DNA from: Octopus sinensis
Lineage: Eukaryota
Assembly (NCBI RefSeq): GCF_006345805.1
Contig: NC_042997.1
Coordinates: forward strand, 194,432,001 to 194,496,000
DNA length: 64,000 nt
Direction: 5' to 3'
Shown: one piece after another, positions 21,265-36,200 of the stretch
Numbering within the stretch: position 1 is the first letter of the stretch
Layout: each line of letters starts with the position of its first letter
Translations under genes and position numbers: made by a program
The notes under the pieces: model-generated
Database searches by the model: none
Seen by the model: only the letters and a program-made list of their open reading frames with translations
What the model was told of the DNA's origin: nothing

Positions 21265-24200
21265 ATACCTTTTATCTCTGATCTTTTACTCGTTTCGGTC
21301 AATGGACTGTGGCCATGCTGGGGCACCACCTTGAAGGTTTTTACTTGAACAAATCAACCCCAGTATATCTTTTATCTTTTACTTGTTTCAGTGAATGGAC
21401 TGTGGCCATGCTGGAGCACCACCTTGAAGGTTTTTACTTGAACAAATCAACCCCAGTATATCTTTTATCTTTTACTTGTTTCAGTGAATGGACTGTGGCC
21501 ATGCTGGAGCACCACCTTGAAGGTTTTTACTTGAATAAATCAACCCCAGTATATCTTTTATCTTTTACTTGTTTCAGTCAATGGACTGTGGCCATGCTGG
21601 AGCACCACCTTGAAGGTTTTTACTTGAACAAATCAACCCCAGTATATCTTTTATCTTTTACTTGTTTCAGTGAATGGACTGTGGCCATGCTGGAGCACCA
21701 CCTTGAAGGTTTTTACTTGAACAAATCAACCCCAGTATATCTTTTATCTTTTACTTGTTTCAGTGAATGGACTGTGGCCATGCTGGGGCACCACCTTGAA
21801 GGTTTTTACTTGAACAAATCAACCCCAGTATATCTTTTATCTTTTACTTGTTTCAGTGAATGGACTGTGGCCATGCTGGGGCACCACCTTGAAGGTTTTT
21901 ACTTGAACAAATCAACCCCAGTATATCTTTTATCTTTTACTTGTTTCAGTGAATGGACTGTGGCCATGCTGGAGCACCACCTTGAAGGTTTTTACTTGAA
22001 TAAATCAACCCCAGTATATCTTTTATCTTTTACTTGTTTCAGTGAATGGACTGTGGCCATGCTGGAGCACCACCTTGAAGGTTTTTACTTGAACAAATCA
22101 ACCCCAGTATATCTTTTATCTTTTACTTGTTTCAGTGAATGGACTGTGGCCATGCTGGGGCACCACCTTGAAGGTTTTTACTTGAACAAATCAACCCCAG
22201 TATATCTTTTATCTTTTACTTGTTTCAGTGAATGGACTGTGGCCATGCTGGAGCACCACCTTGAAGGTTTTTACTTGAACAAATCAACCCCAGTATATCT
22301 TTTATCTTTTACTTGTTTCAGTGAATGGACTGTGGCCATGCTGGGGCACCACCTTGAAGGTTTTTACTTGAACAAATCAACCCCAGTATATCTTTTATCT
22401 TTTACTTGTTTCAGTGAATGGACTGTGGCCATGCTGGGGCACCACCTTGAAGGTTTTTACTTGAATAAATCAACCCCAGTATATCTTTTATCTTTTACTT
22501 GTTTCAGTGAATGGACTGTGGCCATGCTGGGGCACCACCTTGAAGGTTTTTACTTGAACAAATCAACCCCAGTATATCTTTTATCTTTTACTTGTTTCAG
22601 TGAATGGACTGTGGCCATGCTGGGGCACCACCTTGAAGGTTTTTACTTGAACAAATCAACCCCAGTATATCTTTTATCTTTTACTTGTTTCAGTGAATGG
22701 ACTGTGGCCATGCTGGGGCACCACCTTGAAGGTTTTTACTTGAACAAATCAACCCCAGTATATCTTTTATCTTTTACTTGTTTCAGTCAATGGACTGTGG
22801 CCATGCTGGGCACCACCTTGAAGGTTTTTACTTGAACAAATCAACCCCAGTATATCTTTTATCTTTTACTTGTTTCAGTGAATGGACTGTGGCCATGCTG
22901 GGGCACCACCTTGAAGGTTTTTACTTGAACAAATCAACCCCAGTATATCTTTTATCTTTTACTTGTTTCAGTGAATGGACTGTGGCCATGCTGGGGCACC
23001 ACCTTGAAGGTTTTTACTTGAACAAATCAACCCCAGTATATCTTTTATCTTTTACTTGTTTCAGTGAATGGACTGTGGCCATGCTGGGCACCACCTTGAA
23101 GGTTTTTACTTGAACAAATCAACCCCAGTATATCTTTTATCTTTTACTTGTTTCAGTGAATGGACTGTGGCCATGCTGGGGCACCACCTTGAAGGTTTTT
23201 ACTTGAACAAATCAACCCCAGTATATCTTTTATCTTTTACTTGTTTCAGTCAATGGACTGTGGCCATGCTGGAGCACCACCTTGAAGGTTTTTACTTGAA
23301 CAAATCAACCCCAGTATATCTTTTATCTTTTACTTGTTTCAGTCAATGGACTGTGGCCATGCTGGAGCACCACCTTGAAGGTTTTTACTTGAATAAATCA
23401 ACCCCAGTATATCTTTTATCTTTTACTTGTTTCAGTCAATGGACTGTGGCCATGCTGGGGCACCACCTTGAAGGTTTTTACTTGAACAAATCAACCCCAG
23501 TATATCTTTTATCTTTTACTTGTTTCAGTCAATGGACTGTGGCCATGCTGGAGCACCACCTTGAAGGTTTTTACTTGAACAAATCAACCCCAGTATATCT
23601 TTTATCTTTTACTTGTTTCAGTCAATGGACTGTGGCCATGCTGGAGCACCACCTTGAAGGTTTTTACTTGAATAAATCAACCCCAGTATATCTTTTATCT
23701 TTTACTTGTTTCAGTCAATGGACTGTGGCCATGCTGGGCACCACCTTGAAGGTTTTTACTTGAATAAATCAACCCCAGTATATCTTTTATCTTTTACTTG
23801 TTTCAGTCAATGGACTGTGGCCATGCTGGAGCACCACCTTGAAGGTTTTTACTTGAATAAATCAACCCCAGTATATCTTTTATCTTTTACTTGTTTCAGT
23901 CAATGGACTGTGGCCATGCTGGGCACCACCTTGAAGGTTTTTACTTGAATAAATCAACCCCAGTATATCTTTTATCTTTTACTTGTTTCAGTCAATGGAC
24001 TGTGGCCATGCTGGGCACCACCTTGAAGGTTTTTACTTGAATAAATCAACCCCAGTATATCTTTTATCTTTTACTTGTTTCAGTCAATGGACTGTGGCCA
24101 TGCTGGAGCACCACCTTGAAGGTTTTTACTTGAATAAATCAACCCCAGTATATCTTTTATCTTTTACTTGTTTCAGTCAATGGACTGTGGCCATGCTGGA

Positions 24201-27200
24201 GCACCACCTTGAAGGTTTTTACTTGAATAAATCAACCCCAGTATATCTTTTATCTTTTACTTGTTTCAGTGAATGGACTGTGGCCATGCTGGAGCACCAC
24301 CTTGAAGGTTTTTACTTGAATAAATCAACCCCAGTATATCTTTTATCTTTTACTTGTTTCAGTCAATGGACTGTGGCCATGCTGGAGCACCACCTTGAAG
24401 GTTTTTACTTGAATAAATCAACCCCAGTATATCTTTTATCTTTTACTTGTTTCAGTCAATGGACTGTGGCCATGCTGGAGCACCACCTTGAAGGTTTTTA
24501 CTTGAATAAATCAACCCCAGTATATCTTTTATCTTTTACTTGTTTCAGTCAATGGACTGTGGCCATGCTGGAGCACCACCTTGAAGGTTTTTACTTGAAT
24601 AAATCAACCCCAGTATATCTTTTATCTTTTACTTGTTTCAGTCAATGGACTGTGGCCATGCTGGAGCACCACCTTGAAGGTTTTTACTTGAATAAATCAA
24701 CCCCAGTATATCTTTTATCTTTTACTTGTTTCAGTCAATGGACTGTGGCCATGCTGGAGCACCACCTTGAAGGTTTTTACTTGAATAAATCAACCCCAGT
24801 ATATCTTTTATCTTTTACTTGTTTCAGTCAATGGACTGTGGCCATGCTGGAGCACCACCTTGAAGGTTTTTACTTGAATAAATCAACCCCAGTATATCTT
24901 TTATCTTTTACTTGTTTCAGTCAATGGACTGTGGCCATGCTGGAGCACCACCTTGAAGGTTTTTACTTGAACAAATCAACCCCAGTATATCTTTTATCTT
25001 TTACTTGTTTCAGTCAATGGACTGTGGCCATGCTGGAGCACCACCTTGAAGGTTTTTACTTGAACAAATCAACCCCAGTATATCTTTTATCTTTTACTTG
25101 TTTCAGTCAATGGACTGTGGCCATGCTGGAGCACCACCTTGAAGGTTTTTACTTGAACAAATCAACCCCAGTATATCTTTTATCTTTTACTTGTTTCAGT
25201 CAATGGACTGTGGCCATGCTGGGCACCACCTTGAAGGTTTTTACTTGAACAAATCAACCCCAGTATATCTTTTATCTTTTACTTGTTTCAGTCAATGGAC
25301 TGTGGCCATGCTGGAGCACCACCTTGAAGGTTTTTACTTGAACAAATCAACCCCAGTATATCTTTTATCTTTTACTTGTTTCAGTCAATGGACTGTGGCC
25401 ATGCTGGAGCACCACCTTGAAGGTTTTTACTTGAACAAATCAACCCCAGTATATCTTTTATCTTTTACTTGTTTCAGTCAATGGACTGTGGCCATGCTGG
25501 GGCACCACCTTGAAGGTTTTTACTTGAACAAATCAACCCCAGTATATCTTTTATCTTTTACTTGTTTCAGTCAATGGACTGTGGCCATGCTGGGCACCAC
25601 CTTGAAGGTTTTTACTTGAACAAATCAACCCCAGTATATCTTTTATCTTTTACTTGTTTCAGTCAATGGACTGTGGCCATGCTGGAGCACCACCTTGAAG
25701 GTTTTTACTTGAACAAATCAACCCCAGTATATCTTTTATCTTTTACTTGTTTCAGTCAATGGACTGTGGCCATGCTGGAGCACCACCTTGAAGGTTTTTA
25801 CTTGAACAAATCAACCCCAGTATATCTTTTATCTTTTACTTGTTTCAGTCAATGGACTGTGGCCATGCTGGAGCACCACCTTGAAGGTTTTTACTTGAAC
25901 AAATCAACCCCAGTATATCTTTTATCTTTTACTTGTTTCAGTCAATGGACTGTGGCCATGCTGGAGCACCACCTTGAAGGTTTTTACTTGAACAAATCAA
26001 CCCCAGTATATCTTTTATCTTTTACTTGTTTCAGTCAATGGACTGTGGCCATGCTGGAGCACCACCTTGAAGGTTTTTACTTGAACAAATCAACCCCAGT
26101 ATATCTTTTATCTTTTACTTGTTTCAGTCAATGGACTGTGGCCATGCTGGAGCACCACCTTGAAGGTTTTTACTTGAACAAATCAACCCCAGTATATCTT
26201 TTATCTTTTACTTGTTTCAGTCAATGGACTGTGGCCATGCTGGAGCACCACCTTGAAGGTTTTTACTTGAACAAATCAACCCCAGTATATCTTTTATCTT
26301 TTACTTGTTTCAGTCAATGGACTGTGGCCATGCTGGAGCACCACCTTGAAGGTTTTTACTTGAACAAATCAACCCCAGTATATCTTTTATCTTTTACTTG
26401 TTTCAGTCAATGGACTGTGGCCATGCTGGAGCACCACCTTGAAGGTTTTTACTTGAACAAATCAACCCCAGTATATCTTTTATCTTTTACTTGTTTCAGT
26501 CAATGGACTGTGGCCATGCTGGAGCACCACCTTGAAGGTTTTTACTTGAACAAATCAACCCCAGTATATCTTTTATCTTTTACTTGTTTCAGTCAATGGA
26601 CTGTGGCCATGCTGGAGCACCACCTTGAAGGTTTTTACTTGAACAAATCAACCCCAGTATATCTTTTATCTTTTACTTGTTTCAGTCAATGGACTGTGGC
26701 CATGCTGGAGCACCACCTTGAAGGTTTTTACTTGAACAAATCAACCCCAGTATATCTTTTATCTTTTACTTGTTTCAGTCAATGGACTGTGGCCATGCTG
26801 GAGCACCACCTTGAAGGTTTTTACTTGAACAAATCAACCCCAGTATATCTTTTATCTTTTACTTGTTTCAGTCAATGGACTGTGGCCATGCTGGGGCACC
26901 ACCTTGAAGGTTTTTACTTGAACAAATCAACCCCAGTATATCTTTTATCTTTTACTTGTTTCAGTCAATGGACTGTGGCCATGCTGGAGCACCACCTTGA
27001 AGGTTTTTACTTGAACAAATCAACCCCAGTATATCTTTTATCTTTTACTTGTTTCAGTCAATGGACTGTGGCCATGCTGGAGCACCACCTTGAAGGTTTT
27101 TACTTGAACAAATCAACCCCAGTATATCTTTTATCTTTTACTTGTTTCAGTCAATGGACTGTGGCCATGCTGGAGCACCACCTTGAAGGTTTTTACTTGA

Positions 27201-30200
27201 ACAAATCAACCCCAGTATATCTTTTATCTTTTACTTGTTTCAGTCAATGGACTGTGGCCATGCTGGAGCACCACCTTGAAGGTTTTTACTTGAACAAATC
27301 AACCCCAGTATATCTTTTATCTTTTACTTGTTTCAGTCAATGGACTGTGGCCATGCTGGAGCACCACCTTGAAGGTTTTTACTTGAACAAATCAACCCCA
27401 GTATATCTTTTATCTTTTACTTGTTTCAGTCAATGGACTGTGGCCATGCTGGGCACCACCTTGAAGGTTTTTACTTGAATAAATCAACCCCAGTATATCT
27501 TTTATCTTTTACTTGTTTCAGTCAATGGACTGTGGCCATGCTGGGCACCACCTTGAAGGTTTTTACTTGAACAAATCAACCCCAGTATATCTTTTATCTT
27601 TTACTTGTTTCAGTCAATGGACTGTGGCCATGCTGGAGCACCACCTTGAAGGTTTTTACTTGAATAAATCAACCCCAGTATATCTTTTATCTTTTACTTG
27701 TTTCAGTCAATGGACTGTGGCCATGCTGGGCACCACCTTGAAGGTTTTTACTTGAACAAATCAACCCCAGTATATCTTTTATCTTTTACTTGTTTCAGTC
27801 AATGGACTGTGGCCATGCTGGAGCACCACCTTGAAGGTTTTTACTTGAACAAATCAACCCCAGTATATCTTTTATCTTTTACTTGTTTCAGTCAATGGAC
27901 TGTGGCCATGCTGGAGCACCACCTTGAAGGTTTTTACTTGAATAAATCAACCCCAGTATATCTTTTATCTTTTACTTGTTTCAGTCAATGGACTGTGGCC
28001 ATGCTGGAGCACCACCTTGAAGGTTTTTACTTGAACAAATCAACCCCAGTATATCTTTTATCTTTTACTTGTTTCAGTCAATGGACTGTGGCCATGCTGG
28101 AGCACCACCTTGAAGGTTTTTACTTGAATAAATCAACCCCAGTATATCTTTTATCTTTTACTTGTTTCAGTCAATGGACTGTGGCCATGCTGGGCACCAC
28201 CTTGAAGGTTTTTACTTGAACAAATCAACCCCAGTATATCTTTTATCTTTTACTTGTTTCAGTCAATGGACTGTGGCCATGCTGGGCACCACCTTGAAGG
28301 TTTTTACTTGAACAAATCAACCCCAGTATATCTTTTATCTTTTACTTGTTTCAGTCAATGGACTGTGGCCATGCTGGAGCACCACCTTGAAGGTTTTTAC
28401 TTGAATAAATCAACCCCAGTATATCTTTTATCTTTTACTTGTTTCAGTCAATGGACTGTGGCCATGCTGGAGCACCACCTTGAAGGTTTTTACTTGAACA
28501 AATCAACCCCAGTATATCTTTTATCTTTTACTTGTTTCAGTCAATGGACTGTGGCCATGCTGGGCACCACCTTGAAGGTTTTTACTTGAACAAATCAACC
28601 CCAGTATATCTTTTATCTTTTACTTGTTTCAGTCAATGGACTGTGGCCATGCTGGAGCACCACCTTGAAGGTTTTTACTTGAATAAATCAACCCCAGTAT
28701 ATCTTTTATCTTTTACTTGTTTCAGTCAATGGACTGTGGCCATGCTGGAGCACCACCTTGAAGGTTTTTACTTGAACAAATCAACCCCAGTATATCTTTT
28801 ATCTTTTACTTGTTTCAGTCAATGGACTGTGGCCATGCTGGGCACCACCTTGAAGGTTTTTACTTGAACAAATCAACCCCAGTATATCTTTTATCTTTTA
28901 CTTGTTTCAGTCAATGGACTGTGGCCATGCTGGAGCACCACCTTGAAGGTTTTTACTTGAACAAATCAACCCCAGTATATCTTTTATCTTTTACTTGTTT
29001 CAGTCAATGGACTGTGGCCATGCTGGGGCACCACCTTGAAGGTTTTTACTTGAATAAATCAACCCCAGTATATCTTTTATCTTTTACTTGTTTCAGTCAA
29101 TGGACTGTGGCCATGCTGGAGCACCACCTTGAAGGTTTTTACTTGAACAAATCAACCCCAGTATATCTTTTATCTTTTACTTGTTTCAGTCAATGGACTG
29201 TGGCCATGCTGGAGCACCACCTTGAAGGTTTTTACTTGAACAAATCAACCCCAGTATATCTTTTATCTTTTACTTGTTTCAGTCAATGGACTGTGGCCAT
29301 GCTGGAGCACCACCTTGAAGGTTTTTACTTGAACAAATCAACCCCAGTATATCTTTTATCTTTTACTTGTTTCAGTCAATGGACTGTGGCCATGCTGGGC
29401 ACCACCTTGAAGGTTTTTACTTGAATAAATCAACCCCAGTATATCTTTTATCTTTTACTTGTTTCAGTCAATGGACTGTGGCCATGCTGGAGCACCACCT
29501 TGAAGGTTTTTACTTGAACAAATCAACCCCAGTATATCTTTTATCTTTTACTTGTTTCAGTCAATGGACTGTGGCCATGCTGGGGCACCACCTTGAAGGT
29601 TTTTACTTGAATAAATCAACCCCAGTATATCTTTTATCTTTTACTTGTTTCAGTCAATGGACTGTGGCCATGCTGGAGCACCACCTTGAAGGTTTTTACT
29701 TGAACAAATCAACCCCAGTATATCTTTTATCTTTTACTTGTTTCAGTCAATGGACTGTGGCCATGCTGGGCACCACCTTGAAGGTTTTTACTTGAACAAA
29801 TCAACCCCAGTATATCTTTTATCTTTTACTTGTTTCAGTCAATGGACTGTGGCCATGCTGGAGCACCACCTTGAAGGTTTTTACTTGAATAAATCAACCC
29901 CAGTATATCTTTTATCTTTTACTTGTTTCAGTCAATGGACTGTGGCCATGCTGGAGCACCACCTTGAAGGTTTTTACTTGAACAAATCAACCCCAGTATA
30001 TCTTTTATCTTTTACTTGTTTCAGTCAATGGACTGTGGCCATGCTGGAGCACCACCTTGAAGGTTTTTACTTGAACAAATCAACCCCAGTATATCTTTTA
30101 TCTTTTACTTGTTTCAGTCAATGGACTGTGGCCATGCTGGAGCACCACCTTGAAGGTTTTTACTTGAACAAATCAACCCCAGTATATCTTTTATCTTTTA

Positions 30201-33200
30201 CTTGTTTCAGTCAATGGACTGTGGCCATGCTGGAGCACCACCTTGAAGGTTTTTACTTGAATAAATCAACCCCAGTATATCTTTTATCTTTTACTTGTTT
30301 CAGTCAATGGACTGTGGCCATGCTGGAGCACCACCTTGAAGGTTTTTACTTGAACAAATCAACCCCAGTATATCTTTTATCTTTTACTTGTTTCAGTCAA
30401 TGGACTGTGGCCATGCTGGGCACCACCTTGAAGGTTTTTACTTGAACAAATCAACCCCAGTATATCTTTTATCTTTTACTTGTTTCAGTCAATGGACTGT
30501 GGCCATGCTGGAGCACCACCTTGAAGGTTTTTACTTGAACAAATCAACCCCAGTATATCTTTTATCTTTTACTTGTTTCAGTCAATGGACTGTGGCCATG
30601 CTGGAGCACCACCTTGAAGGTTTTTACTTGAATAAATCAACCCCAGTATATCTTTTATCTTTTACTTGTTTCAGTCAATGGACTGTGGCCATGCTGGAGC
30701 ACCACCTTGAAGGTTTTTACTTGAATAAATCAACCCCAGTATATCTTTTATCTTTTACTTGTTTCAGTCAATGGACTGTGGCCATGCTGGAGCACCACCT
30801 TGAAGGTTTTTACTTGAATAAATCAACCCCAGTATATCTTTTATCTTTTACTTGTTTCAGTCAATGGACTGTGGCCATGCTGGAGCACCACCTTGAAGGT
30901 TTTTACTTGAATAAATCAACCCCAGTATATCTTTTATCTTTTACTTGTTTCAGTCAATGGACTGTGGCCATGCTGGAGCACCACCTTGAAGGTTTTTACT
31001 TGAATAAATCAACCCCAGTATATCTTTTATCTTTTACTTGTTTCAGTCAATGGACTGTGGCCATGCTGGAGCACCACCTTGAAGGTTTTTACTTGAATAA
31101 ATCAACCCCAGTATATCTTTTATCTTTTACTTGTTTCAGTCAATGGACTGTGGCCATGCTGGAGCACCACCTTGAAGGTTTTTACTTGAACAAATCAACC
31201 CCAGTATATCTTTTATCTTTTACTTGTTTCAGTCAATGGACTGTGGCCATGCTGGAGCACCACCTTGAAGGTTTTTACTTGAATAAATCAACCCCAGTAT
31301 ATCTTTTATCTTTTACTTGTTTCAGTCAATGGACTGTGGCCATGCTGGAGCACCACCTTGAAGGTTTTTACTTGAATAAATCAACCCCAGTATATCTTTT
31401 ATCTTTTACTTGTTTCAGTCAATGGACTGTGGCCATGCTGGAGCACCACCTTGAAGGTTTTTACTTGAATAAATCAACCCCAGTATATCTTTTATCTTTT
31501 ACTTGTTTCAGTCAATGGACTGTGGCCATGCTGGAGCACCACCTTGAAGGTTTTTACTTGAATAAATCAACCCCAGTATATCTTTTATCTTTTACTTGTT
31601 TCAGTCAATGGACTGTGGCCATGCTGGAGCACCACCTTGAAGGTTTTTACTTGAATAAATCAACCCCAGTATATCTTTTATCTTTTACTTGTTTCAGTCA
31701 ATGGACTGTGGCCATGCTGGAGCACCACCTTGAAGGTTTTTACTTGAATAAATCAACCCCAGTATATCTTTTATCTTTTACTTGTTTCAGTCAATGGACT
31801 GTGGCCATGCTGGAGCACCACCTTGAAGGTTTTTACTTGAATAAATCAACCCCAGTATATCTTTTATCTTTTACTTGTTTCAGTCAATGGACTGTGGCCA
31901 TGCTGGAGCACCACCTTGAAGGTTTTTACTTGAATAAATCAACCCCAGTATATCTTTTATCTTTTACTTGTTTCAGTCAATGGACTGTGGCCATGCTGGA
32001 GCACCACCTTGAAGGTTTTTACTTGAATAAATCAACCCCAGTATATCTTTTATCTTTTACTTGTTTCAGTCAATGGACTGTGGCCATGCTGGAGCACCAC
32101 CTTGAAGGTTTTTACTTGAATAAATCAACCCCAGTATATCTTTTATCTTTTACTTGTTTCAGTCAATGGACTGTGGCCATGCTGGAGCACCACCTTGAAG
32201 GTTTTTACTTGAATAAATCAACCCCAGTATATCTTTTATCTTTTACTTGTTTCAGTCAATGGACTGTGGCCATGCTGGAGCACCACCTTGAAGGTTTTTA
32301 CTTGAATAAATCAACCCCAGTATATCTTTTATCTTTTACTTGTTTCAGTCAATGGACTGTGGCCATGCTGGAGCACCACCTTGAAGGTTTTTACTTGAAT
32401 AAATCAACCCCAGTATATCTTTTATCTTTTACTTGTTTCAGTCAATGGACTGTGGCCATGCTGGAGCACCACCTTGAAGGTTTTTACTTGAATAAATCAA
32501 CCCCAGTATATCTTTTATCTTTTACTTGTTTCAGTCAATGGACTGTGGCCATGCTGGAGCACCACCTTGAAGGTTTTTACTTGAATAAATCAACCCCAGT
32601 ATATCTTTTATCTTTTACTTGTTTCAGTCAATGGACTGTGGCCATGCTGGAGCACCACCTTGAAGGTTTTTACTTGAATAAATCAACCCCAGTATATCTT
32701 TTATCTTTTACTTGTTTCAGTCAATGGACTGTGGCCATGCTGGAGCACCACCTTGAAGGTTTTTACTTGAATAAATCAACCCCAGTATATCTTTTATCTT
32801 TTACTTGTTTCAGTCAATGGACTGTGGCCATGCTGGAGCACCACCTTGAAGGTTTTTACTTGAATAAATCAACCCCAGTATATCTTTTATCTTTTACTTG
32901 TTTCAGTCAATGGACTGTGGCCATGCTGGAGCACCACCTTGAAGGTTTTTACTTGAATAAATCAACCCCAGTATATCTTTTATCTTTTACTTGTTTCAGT
33001 CAATGGACTGTGGCCATGCTGGAGCACCACCTTGAAGGTTTTTACTTGAATAAATCAACCCCAGTATATCTTTTATCTTTTACTTGTTTCAGTCAATGGA
33101 CTGTGGCCATGCTGGAGCACCACCTTGAAGGTTTTTACTTGAACAAATCAACCCCAGTATATCTTTTATCTTTTACTTGTTTCAGTCAATGGACTGTGGC

Positions 33201-36200
33201 CATGCTGGAGCACCACCTTGAAGGTTTTTACTTGAACAAATCAACCCCAGTATATCTTTTATCTTTTACTTGTTTCAGTCAATGGACTGTGGCCATGCTG
33301 GAGCACCACCTTGAAGGTTTTTACTTGAATAAATCAACCCCAGTATATCTTTTATCTTTTACTTGTTTCAGTCAATGGACTGTGGCCATGCTGGAGCACC
33401 ACCTTGAAGGTTTTTACTTGAATAAATCAACCCCAGTATATCTTTTATCTTTTACTTGTTTCAGTCAATGGACTGTGGCCATGCTGGAGCACCACCTTGA
33501 AGGTTTTTACTTGAATAAATCAACCCCAGTATATCTTTTATCTTTTACTTGTTTCAGTCAATGGACTGTGGCCATGCTGGAGCACCACCTTGAAGGTTTT
33601 TACTTGAACAAATCAACCCCAGTATATCTTTTATCTTTTACTTGTTTCAGTCAATGGACTGTGGCCATGCTGGAGCACCACCTTGAAGGTTTTTACTTGA
33701 ACAAATCAACCCCAGTATATCTTTTATCTTTTACTTGTTTCAGTCAATGGACTGTGGCCATGCTGGGCACCACCTTGAAGGTTTTTACTTGAATAAATCA
33801 ACCCCAGTATATCTTTTATCTTTTACTTGTTTCAGTCAATGGACTGTGGCCATGCTGGAGCACCACCTTGAAGGTTTTTACTTGAATAAATCAACCCCAG
33901 TATATCTTTTATCTTTTACTTGTTTCAGTCAATGGACTGTGGCCATGCTGGAGCACCACCTTGAAGGTTTTTACTTGAACAAATCAACCCCAGTATATCT
34001 TTTATCTTTTACTTGTTTCAGTCAATGGACTGTGGCCATGCTGGAGCACCACCTTGAAGGTTTTTACTTGAACAAATCAACCCCAGTATATCTTTTATCT
34101 TTTACTTGTTTCAGTCAATGGACTGTGGCCATGCTGGAGCACCACCTTGAAGGTTTTTACTTGAATAAATCAACCCCAGTATATCTTTTATCTTTTACTT
34201 GTTTCAGTCAATGGACTGTGGCCATGCTGGAGCACCACCTTGAAGGTTTTTACTTGAATAAATCAACCCCAGTATATCTTTTATCTTTTACTTGTTTCAG
34301 TCAATGGACTGTGGCCATGCTGGAGCACCACCTTGAAGGTTTTTACTTGAACAAATCAACCCCAGTATATCTTTTATCTTTTACTTGTTTCAGTCAATGG
34401 ACTGTGGCCATGCTGGAGCACCACCTTGAAGGTTTTTACTTGAACAAATCAACCCCAGTATATCTTTTATCTTTTACTTGTTTCAGTCAATGGACTGTGG
34501 CCATGCTGGAGCACCACCTTGAAGGTTTTTACTTGAAAAATCAACCCCAGTATATCTTTTATCTTTTACTTGTTTCAGTCAATGGACTGTGGCCATGCTG
34601 GAGCACCACCTTGAAGGTTTTTACTTGAACAAATCAACCCCAGTATATCTTTTATCTTTTACTTGTTTCAGTCAATGGACTGTGGCCATGCTGGAGCACC
34701 ACCTTGAAGGTTTTTACTTGAACAAATCAACCCCAGTATATCTTTTATCTTTTACTTGTTTCAGTCAATGGACTGTGGCCATGCTGGAGCACCACCTTGA
34801 AGGTTTTTACTTGAACAAATCAACCCCAGTATATCTTTTATCTTTTACTTGTTTCAGTCAATGGACTGTGGCCATGCTGGAGCACCACCTTGAAGGTTTT
34901 TACTTGAACAAATCAACCCCAGTATATCTTTTATCTTTTACTTGTTTCAGTCAATGGACTGTGGCCATGCTGGAGCACCACCTTGAAGGTTTTTACTTGA
35001 ACAAATCAACCCCAGTATATCTTTTATCTTTTACTTGTTTCAGTCAATGGACTGTGGCCATGCTGGGCACCACCTTGAAGGTTTTTACTTGAATAAATCA
35101 ACCCCAGTATATCTTTTATCTTTTACTTGTTTCAGTCAATGGACTGTGGCCATGCTGGAGCACCACCTTGAAGGTTTTTACTTGAATAAATCAACCCCAG
35201 TATATCTTTTATCTTTTACTTGTTTCAGTCAATGGACTGTGGCCATGCTGGAGCACCACCTTGAAGGTTTTTACTTGAACAAATCAACCCCAGTATATCT
35301 TTTATCTTTTACTTGTTTCAGTCAATGGACTGTGGCCATGCTGGGGCACCACCTTGAAGGTTTTTACTTGAATAAATCAACCCCAGTATATCTTTTATCT
35401 TTTACTTGTTTCAGTCAATGGACTGTGGCCATGCTGGAGCACCACCTTGAAGGTTTTTACTTGAATAAATCAACCCCAGTATATCTTTTATCTTTTACTT
35501 GTTTCAGTCAATGGACTGTGGCCATGCTGGAGCACCACCTTGAAGGTTTTTACTTGAACAAATCAACCCCAGTATATCTTTTATCTTTTACTTGTTTCAG
35601 TCAATGGACTGTGGCCATGCTGGAGCACCACCTTGAAGGTTTTTACTTGAATAAATCAACCCCAGTATATCTTTTATCTTTTACTTGTTTCAGTCAATGG
35701 ACTGTGGCCATGCTGGAGCACCACCTTGAAGGTTTTTACTTGAATAAATCAACCCCAGTATATCTTTTATCTTTTACTTGTTTCAGTCAATGGACTGTGG
35801 CCATGCTGGAGCACCACCTTGAAGGTTTTTACTTGAACAAATCAACCCCAGTATATCTTTTATCTTTTACTTGTTTCAGTCAATGGACTGTGGCCATGCT
35901 GGAGCACCACCTTGAAGGTTTTTACTTGAATAAATCAACCCCAGTATATCTTTTATCTTTTACTTGTTTCAGTCAATGGACTGTGGCCATGCTGGAGCAC
36001 CACCTTGAAGGTTTTTACTTGAATAAATCAACCCCAGTATATCTTTTATCTTTTACTTGTTTCAGTCAATGGACTGTGGCCATGCTGGAGCACCACCTTG
36101 AAGGTTTTTACTTGAACAAATCAACCCCAGTATATCTTTTATCTTTTACTTGTTTCAGTCAATGGACTGTGGCCATGCTGGAGCACCACCTTGAAGGTTT

